From positions 156,612 through 220,611 of the forward strand of contig NW_002060979.1 of the NCBI RefSeq assembly GCF_000150275.1: DNA of 64,000 nucleotides, read 5' to 3'. This DNA is from Trichoplax adhaerens. Taxonomy: Eukaryota; Animalia; Placozoa. Numbering within the stretch: the first letter of the stretch is position 1; the number at the start of each line of letters is the position of its first letter. The notes under the pieces are model-generated. The model saw only the letters and a program-made list of their open reading frames with translations, was not told the origin of the DNA and did no database searches. A program made the translations under genes and the position numbers. Positions 41,001 through 53,782 of the stretch are shown here, piece after piece.

Positions 41001-44000
41001 AGTCCTGATCGATGTGCACCGAGACTAAATCTCATGATGGTATAATATGATTATTTGTAGGTGAAAGTTGCGTCCATATCGCCATAGTTAACGATGATGA
41101 AGAATTGCTTAAAATATTGATTGATGAATGTCATGCCAGCATTCATCAGCGTGCACGTGGTAGTTTCTTTATGCCGGAAAGTCAACGAAAACGAATAAAA
41201 GATAGCCTACCTTTGGAATTAGATACGCTTGAATATGAAGGCTATGCTTATTATGGTGAATATCCATTAGCATTTGCTGCCTGCTTTGAAAGAAAGGACA
41301 TGTACGACTATTTACTCGATAAAGGCGCTCAAGTCAATGCTCAAGATACCTTTGGAAATACCATATTGCATCTGCTTATAATTCATAATAAATTAGACAT
41401 GATTTCTTATGTCATGAAGCATACTTCAGTACCTAATCGTTCTATCAAAAATAAAGCCGGTTTAACACCGTTAACATTAGCTACACAGTTAGGCTATAAT
41501 GATTCTTTCGAAAAATTATTGGAATTGGAGAGCCAGGTAATTTAGATACCAAATATAGAAGCCTAATGCATTGTATATTGTTGATACTGTGTATCTGCAG
41601 TATATTTACCAAATATATATATTTAGTGCACAAGATATAGTTATCATCGTCCATTGGACAAATAAAGTTTCTTTAGCTTATTGTTTTAAGCATATTTCTG
41701 AATATTTCGGCTTTAATTGTTAGATTGCATGGAAGTATGGCGATATTCAATGTTGTGTTTACCCACTGAAACATCTAGATAGTATTGGACCTGATGGTAG
41801 AACAAGTGAGCAATTTAATTGCAATTTTTATTTTTTAATATTTTTCGATCTAACTATATTTATATAAGTTTATCTCTCCAATAATCCAATTTCTTAAAAT
41901 TTAGATCTTGAATCAGCTTTAGCATTGGCTGTGGCAGGAGAATCAGATGGTCATTTGGAAATGGTTAACAGTGGAGTCATTTATCGTCTACTGGATGAAA
42001 AATGGAAGGCTTATGCCAAAGTAATTATGTTTATTGCAAAATTATAAAATATATGCCACCTGTATATCGCAATTAGACAATAGCTATGTACTTTATATTT
42101 AGCGTAGAGTTTAAGCATAAATTACCTTTAATTATAATTTTCTTGTTGCATTTATTGTAATACCTTAACATTGTAGTAGAGAGATTAAGCAATATATTTT
42201 AGTATCAATAATGAATATTAGAACAGTACTCTAAAATTCTTCCGCTTGTTGCCATACTATTTTACCGTCAGAAAAATTTTGTGGCTTCTTTTATTGCTGC
42301 CTGCTTTTATTTGGCTTTCATGAGTACCGCGATTTATACCCGATCTAGTTATGATTTATTGTCACCAAGACAACCTTCAGATTATGTAAGTCAAAATATC
42401 CACAGATCAGATCTCTTGTAAACGACTTTGATGAAATGTACAAGAAAGCTATTCTTGTATGCCTAGCAATTAATTCAAACCAATTTCAGCCGATGTAATA
42501 AATGCTTTGGTTATTAGCTGGTGTTGAGTTTGCTGCACATATTAAAGTATACTTGTATCTTCTAGGTTCGTTATGTGTTTGAAATATTAACACTGATTTC
42601 AGCTATAATGTATCTGGGATTGCAAAGCAAAGCTATCCATAGTAATGGAATGAGTGTTTATTTAAGGTCTTTGGTAAGATTCAGTTAACTTCCAGGTTTT
42701 ATTATCAATAGAGGTCTTATTTCCTGAATTTTTATTTCTACAATAATACCTTTCTTACAGTATCATGTTCCTACGCATGCTTCGTTTGTTCTGTCTTGCA
42801 TCTGCTTTCTTCTCTGTATTCCGGGCCGATTTATACCTGGTGGAAGGAGTTATGAAGATATTGTTGTCGTTTTCGGTGTTTTATTTGCTTGGATTGGTTT
42901 ATTATTTTATTGCCGGTTTGTTAATAGATAAAATTACATTTTTTATGTCAATTCATGCTAAATAATGACTGTTAAATACTGTATGTAAGTAAATATGTTA
43001 ATTACTATTTAAAAATTAATGTTATGTGTCATCTTTCTATTAGTGGAATATCGTTCCTTGGCCCATTTGTTGAAATGATTTCGAGAATGCTAAGTGGAGA
43101 TATAGCTAGATTTATCATCATTTACGTAATTTTCATTTTAGCCATGACACAAGGTAAAAAGATCTACAGTAATTTTAAGACTCTTCTTGTTGAGTATGTA
43201 CGGTAGATTCGCTAACGCGTAGCTTTAAAGTTAAATTTATTTGCATTTTTTATCTTTTATATCAGCATACTTCTTTATGTACAAAGCTTGTGGAAGCAAA
43301 GTCTTCGACAGTGAATTTGGTACTATGATGGCTTTATTTAAGATGACTATAGGCCATTTTCCAGTAAGTTGAACATGTTAACGAATTGTTTAGCTTTAGT
43401 CGAGATTACATTATTGGTGTGTGAGTTAGCAAATTTCAGCCATTTGATATTTCTTATTTGATGTCCATTTGTTTGTGTAAGAAAAACGAAATATAATAGA
43501 CTATACTTCTATAAAAATTAAATCATTCTGAAATGATAGAAGTAAATTTGCCTTAAAAGATTTGGAAAAATAAAGAAAGTCAGCTAATTCTAGCTTAATT
43601 TAATTTGCTCTAAAGTAAACTTTAAATACGTAAATATTGAGAGTAACAATTTGAAATTTACTTTAATATTTATAAACGTAACTAGAAAATTTAATAGCAG
43701 TTATCATTGACGATAGTGTTTGCTATGATTCTCAGTATTTAGAATTTGACTTAGCGGCTATTCCTATTCTGGCGAAAGTTTTCTTCGTCATTTTTACGAT
43801 CCTGGTGGCTATCTTATTACTAAACATGCTTATCGCTATGATGGGAAGTACATATCAATCAGTATCGGATCGCTCAGAGAAGGAATGGAGAAAGCAGGTG
43901 AATAAACGATAGCTGTAACACTTTAATTTGTGTTCCGTAATGTAATATTTGAAAAAATTAGAGTGATCGGTGATAAGATATCTGTCCGCTATGACAATTC

Positions 44001-45029
44001 TGGCCAGTTAATTAATATCGCAACCTAACTTGTAGTAATAGCGTGATGATATCATTCAGATTTGGAAACTCGTAGCGATAGATCATTGAGATTGTAATTT
44101 GATATCAAAATTGTTTTACGTGCACGTACGTTTTATTATTGGAAGACACTGTGTTAAGTACCATGAGATAAATTTAATACGCCATTGCTTAATTATCGCC
44201 GGCAAGTCAGCTATAGAATTGTAATTATTATGTTAATAAATTTGAACTACACTAAATGAAATATTTAATAACATCAGTTTGGGGACTGTACTGAAAGTAT
44301 TAATGCTATGGAAAGCCTTATGTTTATTACTGTACATCTTACCTTCCAGTGTATCAGAGAAATTCTTAGTGCTTAGTTTAGTTTCGTGGCATTAGATCGC
44401 TTATGGGTTATCATAGGTGTTCGAGGAATAGTGTACTTCAATCGGGCTGGAAAGCTCACTTTGCTTTCAAATACTTAGCACTGATAAATTGTTGTTTTAA
44501 ATGATTTAGTGGGCTGAAACAGTCATTGTCTTGGAGAGATCAATATCGCCATCACAGCTTTTACAATATCAGAAATCTTATTGCTGCAATATGAGCAGTG
44601 ACGGTAAGTAAAAATTTGGCCTGCATTAACATTTCATTTATTTATAAGACTTTACAAGCTATGATAGAGTTAAAGATACTTTCTTTAGTGCAACTTCTTT
44701 CGCATCAGTACGATTGGAAAACGATAACATTTACATAAATGTCTATAGATAATGACTCTGAATCTAGCATGCCGCCCCGTGGTCTGATGGTCATAAAAAG
44801 AGTCGATGTTAAGGGTATATCTGCCAAATGGAAATCAAGATCACGAGCTGCTCTTGAACAGAGAAAGATATGGAATGGAGTAAGTATCGTTTACAAGTTG
44901 TTATATTGATGTTCATTGTTAAGATTGCTTCTGCAATGAAGTTTTAATCCTGCATTATTATTTTATCCTACCCAGATAACAGTAGATAAAAGTACACGGG
45001 AAAAGCTATCGATGCAAGCGTTATTCTAA
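38064..45029 (+). CDS. TRPV cation channel, OSM-9/Inactive-like, ~743 aa
   Basis: 14 in-frame exons: 38064-38372, 39863-40085, 41061-41536, 41724-41805, 41905-42020, 42272-42385, 42566-42673, 42761-42915, 43044-43153, 43266-43363, 43736-43897, 44510-44603, 44749-44879, 44976-45029. Ankyrin repeats (RGAVGETPLHICFL, GESCVHIAIVN, YYGEYPLAFAAC, GNTILHLLI, GLTPLTLA), pre-S1 LLDEKWKAY, GPFVEMISRMLSGD, S6 LLLNMLIAMMG, TRP box EWRKQWA and a C-terminal RGLMVIK. Confidence 0.95.
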
Positions 45030-46430
45030 TCTCGTTCCAGAATTTGGCTTTGTTAAATATTTGTTAACTGGACTACACTGTTCTACATTTATATGTAAAA
45101 AGTGAGTGCTTCAACTAAACTCTAAAGTGAAAAAATTATTAACTGAAAATGATAGTGGCTTTACATTGGTTGTAACTTTTAGCTACTATGGGCGGTTTGC
45201 AACTGCATCAATTTCCGTTAACATATGAAAATGTAAATAATTATATACAATCGGCAGTGAATGCATACGCAATAATACTTTGGTAAATTCATATACTAAC
45301 CCTTATTGTTAGGCGTATGCATATCATGTTTTTGTCAGTACCATTTGATTGAATGGCATTTTTACCTGACATGATAGGTCACGAGCTTACAGTAAATCTG
45401 AAAACAGTTTTTTAGATGGTTTAGAGCAGGCGCCAGTATCTAACGACATAATAGTAATGCTCCTTTGTATCCTATTTAAAAACAATACAGTGTACTGGTG
45501 TGCTACTTGATTTGTTACCGTTCATTAGAACCCTCTTGTCAAGGGACGAGTACGTATCAATAACACATCACTACTCTATCATATCACGCCGATTGTAATC
45601 TTTAATTAATCTACGTCTTATCTATTAATTGTTGATCTTTAGCTTTACAATATCAGAAATTAGTTATAAACAGATTATTTTTATTATCGCTACTTTTTAT
45701 TTACAAGATGTAATTATATTATATTATTTTATTGCTTTTTCTGCAATATTATACTGTAGTTTGAATATGTTAAAAAATATCAAATTATTTATCTTATTTC
45801 CAATGTCATCATAACACATTTACAGATACTATTTTACTGTACCATGCATCATTTGCAAGGAACACAACGCATAATAAATTTTTGAAGTGCCTGTATGTGT
45901 GCAGGTATAACTATAGAATTACTTCAGTCCACAACATCTACACTTGTAATATACTGATAAGCTAGAATCCGAAATACTCATTATGCAGGTATCGTTAAAA
46001 TGCTACAACAGCAGTATGCAAGACAACAGCAAAATCTTTCAATAATTGTTTGATTGTCATAAAATGAAATTTCAATTTGATTAATTAGAAAACTATGATT
46101 ACCATAGCAAGTAAGAAATTTTTATGGGTAAAATCCTTTATAAGCTTAGGACGATACGTTTCAGTTTTGAATATTGCCTTGTTTAGTAGCAATATTATTT
46201 TACTAGTAAAATTGTACTTCTAGGGTTCATGTAAACTCGCATAAATACTGCCACGATCCATTTATAATTATTAATATCGTAGATTTACTTTATCGTACAG
46301 CATGTATGTTTACGCATGACTAATAATAGCGTTTAGTATACGTCAATCCATACAAATATTCACGCACTAAGATTGAAAAAATATCAATTTAACTGTGTAC
46401 CGTTGCATAATCTTCTATTCATATTTAAAA

Positions 46431-49400
46431 CTAAATTGGTGCAATACCGACCATCCGACGCAACTGTTCAAATATAAAAAAAGTTATAACAGTATGTGGT
46501 CCAATTCGCATCCAATTGGGTATAAAACCTTTATAAAATCCAGCAAGGCGTTCAGCACGCCAAGTTTTAACGAAACAGTCTAACGTTGACCTATAAATTA
46601 TTTTCTCTCCTTTGTGTTGATTCATCATTCGTGTTTTAACAACATCAACAGGCGAGGTAAAGAATGCACAAACTAATCCGGCTACCATTGAGGAAACTAT
46701 ATGAAGAACTGGTCCTTCACGCATCACACCTGCGATAAAAAAAAGTGATCGTTATTGGCTTACCTGTTAAATACATGCATCCATATTTACGAATGATTTG
46801 TTCCATAAATTACGTAATCCCAGTTGTAATCGTTATTATTGCAAAGTAAACTAAGAAGCTGATTGAGATCTAACCAAAATTTAGAATAGTATGCTTGGTA
46901 TGATCATACGAGGATAACTGAGCAGCGGTAACAATTCCACCACGCTGTACTGTTGGCATCATGCCTGTTAATAGACCACGAGGACCTTCCTGTCTGATTA
47001 TATCTCGTACGGCAGCAAAAGCGTTCGCATGACGCTTACTTTGACCAACTAGAACAGTCAAGATGACCATACATTTATTAGCCAGAATTATTATTTAAGT
47101 AAAGTGGTTAGTGATTAATGTATGTGAGTAGGATATAATAAATATAACGTTTTACTATAGATTTACAAGCTAGTTTTCCTTCGGCTTGCTGTCGAACTTT
47201 GACTAAATCAATGGGGCTAGTTACTAAACTAGCCATTGATCCAGAGACTGCACCTGCAACAACCTTCTTCCATAGAGGTGTGTGAGCTACATCACGAGCT
47301 CCCATTAAAACTTTTAATGGTTCGTAAGATCCGATTCTAAGTGTACTATAGGATCCTTCACGAACGACAGAGGCGAACATTCTATTCAAAAAGGAAGGGA
47401 ATGGACCATTTTAAAGGAGACTAGTGCAAACTCCCGTCGCTTTGCTGACGGTTTACGATAATGTGCTCATTTAACAGATAGTATTACCATTTGATAGACC
47501 TGTCAGAACTGATTGCCACCACAGCTACGTTATGTTATTCTTAATATAATGAGAGTGAGTAAGCACTGTATTTAGATGGCAAAACTGCGGCTTATTGAAC
47601 ACAGGCAAACTATTAGTTTTTGTAGAATTGAAGACTAATCTTAATATGATCCTACGATTTTGGATACTGAATAATTTGACTACATTTTAAATAATTAGCG
47701 GAATGGGACGCGATTAAACAGTAGTCATTTTTGGCAGAATCTACATTCTGTGATTGGAAATTCATCCTAGACTTGTTTGGCTGCATGTTATTTCGATCTG
47801 CTATAAAACTCGTATATTGTTATTACAAAATTGTATTAACGGAGAAGAGCTTGATGTTACTCACTACTAGGCATAGTGGTAAATTTACGCAATAAGGATA
47901 AACTACTTGTACTGTATTGCAAAGTTACAGGACGCTATAAGAGAATAGTTATCATTGAGATAATTCTAGGAAAATTATTCTATCAATGTTTTAATGACGA
48001 AAGTGTACGTTAACTTTACATTACTCTTATATCATCGTTACTTCATAATACTTGTAAAACAGGTTGGTCGCATTCTCTTACCCTTTACATAAGCCACGGA
48101 AACCTTCGTCTTTGGCTATTTGAAGCATTCCTTTAAGGAAACCTCTATAATAGCGCGTTTTGAACATTTGCATACCGCGACTACTTTCAGATAATTCATT
48201 TTCTAACTGTAATCTGATTTTGATGACATCGATTGGATTTGTAACTGCAAGAATAAAGACACACAGTACATCAAACTACATCGATTTTTAACGCTTTGGC
48301 CAATAGTATGTACGAACAAGCTAGAAATAACGATAACTGACTGTGGATGTGAATTTAATAGCATTCACTTAAATGGATATCCATGATTACATTGGTAACA
48401 TCAGTGGCAATCATGTAACCATCTCATGCAGAGTTTATCATTGGAATAGACTGGTACTATAATTCAATCTTTACAGAATGTTGTTATATTCATCCATCCA
48501 ATTGAAAAATACATGAGTAAGTTCGATGAGGATAGAAATTAGACATGGCCACATATTACCTGATCATAAGATGATAAATTGCCGCGTTCTGGATTGTATA
48601 TCAGCAATGAACAGTGATGAATGATTGACTACATAATTGTACAGTATGAGTTAGGCATATATCTGTTTATCGATTCATATCTGATATGTGGTCGTTAAGC
48701 TTAATCGCTCAAAGCAATAACAAACTGTTAGAACGTCGATACTCTACACTGTAACCATTTATCGTCTTGTCTAGGGCACATTAATCCTTGTTGTAACTTT
48801 ATGATAACAAATAGTACAGTTTAATTTAAATGGATTGCTACAACACTATGTAGTACGTCGGTAGATTCGTAAAAGAAAGATTTCTCGTTATCCACAGTGT
48901 GTACAGCTATTCGATATTGTCAGAAATTAGACATGGTCACATATTACCTGATCATAAGATGATAAATTGCCGCGTTCTGGATTGTATATCAGCAATGAAC
49001 AGTGATGAATGATTGACTACATAATTGTACAGTATAAGTTAGGCATATATCTGTTTATCGAATCATATCTGATATGTGGTCGTTAAGCTTAATCGCTCAA
49101 AGCAATAACAAACTGTTAGAACGTCGATACTCTACACTGTAACCATTTATCGTCTTGTCTAGGGCACATTAATCCTTGTTGTAACTTTATGATAACAAAT
49201 AGTACAGTTTAATTTAAATAGGATTGCTACAACACTATGTAGTACGTCGGTAGATTCGTAAAAGAAAGATTTCTCGTTATCCACAGTGTGTACAGCTTAT
49301 TCGATGTTGTCAGTGATAACGTTGAAGTTGTCCTTCATGAATAGCACAATGACGCCATATTCTAACATACAGTACTACTAGTATTACTGCAATCTATCCA

Positions 49401-50320
49401 TAGAATATCCCATTTTAAGAATTGTAAGAGATTTGTAGAACTACATACTGTACAATTGTTAAAAATCTCATTTGTAACAAGAAACCGGGTCTTAAACACT
49501 ATCTTCACTAGTACTCGTGTTCCCAACTAACTTAGGGACCTATCGTAGTTGAACTAACTCTCAGCTACACAAATAAGCTACTACTGAGTAATCGGTTTAA
49601 ATACTTCACTTTATTTTCGTTAATCTTAATCGTAAAATGTACTAAAGAAAAACGTAAGAATATTCTTAGCAATAATAGTCAAAAGATCCTGCAAGTGACT
49701 AACTAGAACTGAGCAGCAAAGCTAGTGCTCGGCTGTTTATAGTCTCGGCTAATGCCGATGGTGCACTTGTGAATATTCTTGACATAGCGACTTCCACTAT
49801 ACAGTATACATATCCTAGTATAGCAAAGTAATTGCACCTTACATATCGTATTTGTGAATCGAAGGCACGATGAACGGATATATTGACTACCTGAGAAAAA
49901 TAGATGGCAATATTTGTAGCACTCCCTCACTCCAGCAGACCCCATCGATCGTCTACTGTATCTAATAGACTACCTAATGATGTTCTTTGCTTGCAAATGG
50001 TAGACTAATACCTGACTCAAAATATGACAGGATCAGTTAGAAATGACCAGTTGTGTTTCTTTTATTCATTATCGGCGTATAATCAATCGTCTACTTTGGA
50101 TGACAGTAATTGAATGATTGATTGGAACGGAAACGCACCGTCATCATTGACATTTTTGAACTGATGGCTGCTATAAATTGAGTACAGTAGATTATTCATT
50201 CATCAGTCTACGGTACTTACTTGCTCCTGCTGTCATACAAGATGTTCCACTTAAAATATAACGCCATATTGTAACCGAAAACCAAGGTGGATCGGAAATG
50301 GTAGCAGGAGTAGATTTCAT
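46431..50320 (-). CDS. SLC25 mitochondrial carrier, UCP/oxoglutarate-dicarboxylate-carrier-like, ~316 aa
   Basis: Exons 50320-50221 (MKSTPATISDPPWFSVTIWRYILSGTSCMTAGA), 48244-48082, 47381-47167, 47048-46875 and 46729-46431 join in frame. Three carrier signatures: PIDVIKIRLQ, PIDLVKVRQQ, PVDVVKTRMMNQ. Also R.GSYE, QLSSYD and FYKGFIPNWMRIGPHT, typical of the UCP/OGC/DIC clade. Confidence 0.95.
48534..49313. repeat. Near-perfect tandem duplication, 2 x ~388 bp, in intron 1 of the SLC25 gene
   Basis: agaaattagacatgg(c/t)cacatattacctgatcataag... begins at 48534 and at 48922. Only a handful of substitutions or indels separate the copies. Confidence 0.95.
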
Positions 50321-51092
50321 TTTATCTGAAGGCATTTGCAAACTAAATGACCACTAAAAGTAGCATGGGATGACGAAAGACGAGGTTGCGCTGATGAGAC
50401 CTGCCCAAGTGCCCATGTAGTATTGCAGTACACCTAGACTGCAATAGACTACCGTGGAAGGGAGTTGTCCTTAACCATATGTGTACAGTACCACTAAGCT
50501 GTAGACGGCGCCATGAATAGCCCAGAGATGAGTAGTGGATGATTGAACGTATTAACATTTATGCAGATTAATTATTTTGAGGATAGTAGTAGAGAATCCC
50601 TACTAGAGAGCACTCAGACCAGGGAGTACTGGAAAGAGAAAGGAGAGACAAGACACGATCGTTGGCTATACTAGCGATGTTTAGGCCCATTTTTTCCTCA
50701 TCATTTCAAGTGTATAATATACACCGTCGGTAATCGTACGCTATATTGTATACTGCAGTTGGCCGTGCTCGAAATGAGCTGCCAGCTTGGTTTTAGAGAT
50801 GTAACCAAATCTCCAAAACTCATTAGAACGAGAGTGTAGATGACACAAGCCATTTTAGAATAGCCGATTTTATGACTGATTCTCTACTGATGGAGATATT
50901 ACGTCATAGTACAACAAGCTCTATCAGGCAAAGAAAACTTCTTATCATGGCAGATGTTAGAAAAGAAGGACTAAGAACAACCATAACAGAAACGCGTAGC
51001 TGCTTCAAGACGTTGTCTGACTTGATGACAACGCAACCATTGCCAACAACATCATTCAATACTTACAGAACTTAGTATGATAATAAAATTCT

Positions 51093-51737
51093 ATGATTAG
51101 TATTATATTCTACAAAGCTGCAATCAACATTCTTCAATGATCGCAAACATTACTTATAGAGATACCAATCAATTATTATCAACAGCCCTAGATATTGGTA
51201 TTACTTTTCAAGTTATATCTAATTTCCTTCTACAGAACATGTTGACAACAACAGCTGAATGCAGGCTTCCTTATTTTCTGCAGCATAAAGTTGCATGATT
51301 AGTATTCTACGAAGCTGAAATCAACATTCTTCAATGATCGCAAACATTGCTTATAGAGATACCAATCAATTATTATCAACAGCCCTAGATTTTGGTATTA
51401 CTTTTCAAGTTATATTTAATTTACTTCTACGTAACATGTTGACAACAACAGCTTCACCACAGCAGAATACAGGAAGCTGAATGCTGGTTTCCTCATTTTT
51501 TGCAGCATAAAGTTGCATGATTAGTATTCTACAAAGCTGAAATCAACAATCTTCAATGATCGCAAACATTGCTTATAGAGATACCAATCAATTATTATCA
51601 ACAGCCCTAGATATTGGTATTACTTTTGAAGTTATATCTAATTTCCTTCTACAGAACATGTTGACAACAACAGCTGAATGCAGGCTTCCTTATTTTCTGC
51701 AGCATAAAGTTGCATGATTAGTATTCTACGAAGCTGT
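51093..51737. repeat. Tandem array, 3 x ~200-225 bp, upstream of the SLC25 gene
   Basis: The unit atgattagtattctac.aagctg.aatcaacattcttcaatgatcgcaaacatt...gcagcataaagttgc is repeated three times. The middle unit has an extra ~25 bp. Confidence 0.9.
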
Positions 51738-53782
51738 TCAAGAGCGAAGTACATGAGGCTAAAATGATTTTATTCCATTTATACGATTTAATTTACTAAG
51801 AGTCCGTGGTTATATCTACACCTCTTCACGCTTAAATTTATCCCAGTCACTGGGTAAAATCCACTTTGACGATATAAAAGTCTAATGTGTGCACAGTGGA
51901 CTATACCCTATGTAATGAGTAAGCAGCACAGGGTAGGTTTGACACGAGACAAAATATTCATTTTTTTTTCTACTATACGACGCTCGTATTTTGTCCCGGA
52001 GAGATTCGTCCAATATTGTCCCTCTCTACACGGCACTACTGGAAAGAAGGGAGGGACTAGACATTGCCGAAAGCTGCAAAAAATAAGTAAACCGGCATTC
52101 AGCTTACTATATTCTACTGTAATGTATGTTAAATCAAAAACGAATAGTAAATATAGCAGGCTCAAGTATGTGATATCCAGCAAGTTTACAATCATCTTCA
52201 TGGATATCGTTCTCTTTAAAGTCTCTCCTACCTTTACTGTTGCCCCTTGAGCTAATCTGACCTAGCAATACTGAAAAGTGCAATAATTTCGTTGCTGTCA
52301 GTATTGTGGATCTGTTGATAAGTAAAGTATTATTGCTTCAACGGTTTCATTCCTAAAGACCACTCCATACGTTTAAAAAACCAACAAACGATTGAATTTC
52401 ATAATTTGCAGTTGGCCCAGTTCGAAAATGGAAGAGATTTGTACATTTCTTAGCACTCAATCACTTTAACAGCATCTTACTGTCAAGTATCAATACATTA
52501 TGACTGTTCAAAGGTGCTAAAGAGCAAACTGATGGTAGAATTTCAAATTTACAGTTTGCATAAACCAAAACCGTGGAAGATAATTTCTATACTCTATTAC
52601 CTAAGTAAAAGCTTGCTATGAAGTGCCAACAAGGATACCACTACAAGAACTTTATTTTTTCAACACGTCATTGCTACTTGAAAGGCTCAGAAGTACAGGG
52701 TCAAAATACAAAACAGTAGATTATAAGATTTCAAAAATTCCAAGAAATTCGCATATCTGACATTCGATCATCCATATAGCAAAGTGTTACAGATTGTCAA
52801 CTAGAGGACATCGCTCAGTGTGGACAAATATCATTTCAGTTAATACTTTATTACCATTTGGAGGCGCTAAAACAATCAAAGTTCAATTTGTAATGTGAAT
52901 AGAAAGTTGAAGAAATTGCCACAACATTTTAATATTCAATCACTCCAATACGATACTTCTCGTGGTTAATTGATTACTAGCTAGGACACATCAAAAATCA
53001 AGTTGTATACTGTATTACTACTATTTCCGACGCTAAAATGGTCGAAATTAAAAATTGATTCAAAAGGGAAATTTTGAATGCACAATTTGAGCCTTTACTA
53101 TAATCTTTCAAGTAAGATTTAAAGCGTCAGTAATGATGTAATATTTATTTTCTACTATTTACATGCCACGAATAATAGCATGAGAACACAACGCTATAAA
53201 AATGAAATGGACAACCAAAAATCAAGTCATATCTACCTACTTTATTTTCTATTACTATGTTATAGTCAACCTTTAGAAAAACTCCCTCAAATCTCGTATT
53301 CTGCTAGAAGTGAATTACAGCCAATCTTGACTTCTACGTAGAAGTTCAGAGTGGATTAGAGTAGATTTATCTTACTGCATTTACGTCATGCTACGAATAG
53401 AAAGTGAAAAAATCTTAACCTTGAATAAAATCATATTTAACCCTTAAAATTAATTGAATACCACCTACAGTACAGTAGATCCATTAATCAGCATTTAGGT
53501 ATAAATCAACCTTCAATCCTTTACTTGCTTAGATGACTAGCGCATGCTTTGCATTACAGCTACATTGATTAGTAAATTGGTAAAAATATGCATGAAATAA
53601 TTTTGTTCTATCTTTACAGCTCTTTCGATCTTAGTTGATATGAGATTACTATCTGTTGCATTGTCCACCTACAGCTTAAGATATAAATCAATCTCAATGG
53701 TAGTGAGCCAACCGAAATCCTATATGTGGATGTTGCTTCGTCTCATACCTTGCAGAAATGTACTGTTTAAGTGGTAAATGTT

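Noticed and set aside
48614-48684. Box C (GTGATGA) to box D (CTGA) snoRNA-like pattern, duplicated
   Set aside because: It lies antisense to the host SLC25 intron and has no convincing terminal stem or recognisable rRNA guide.
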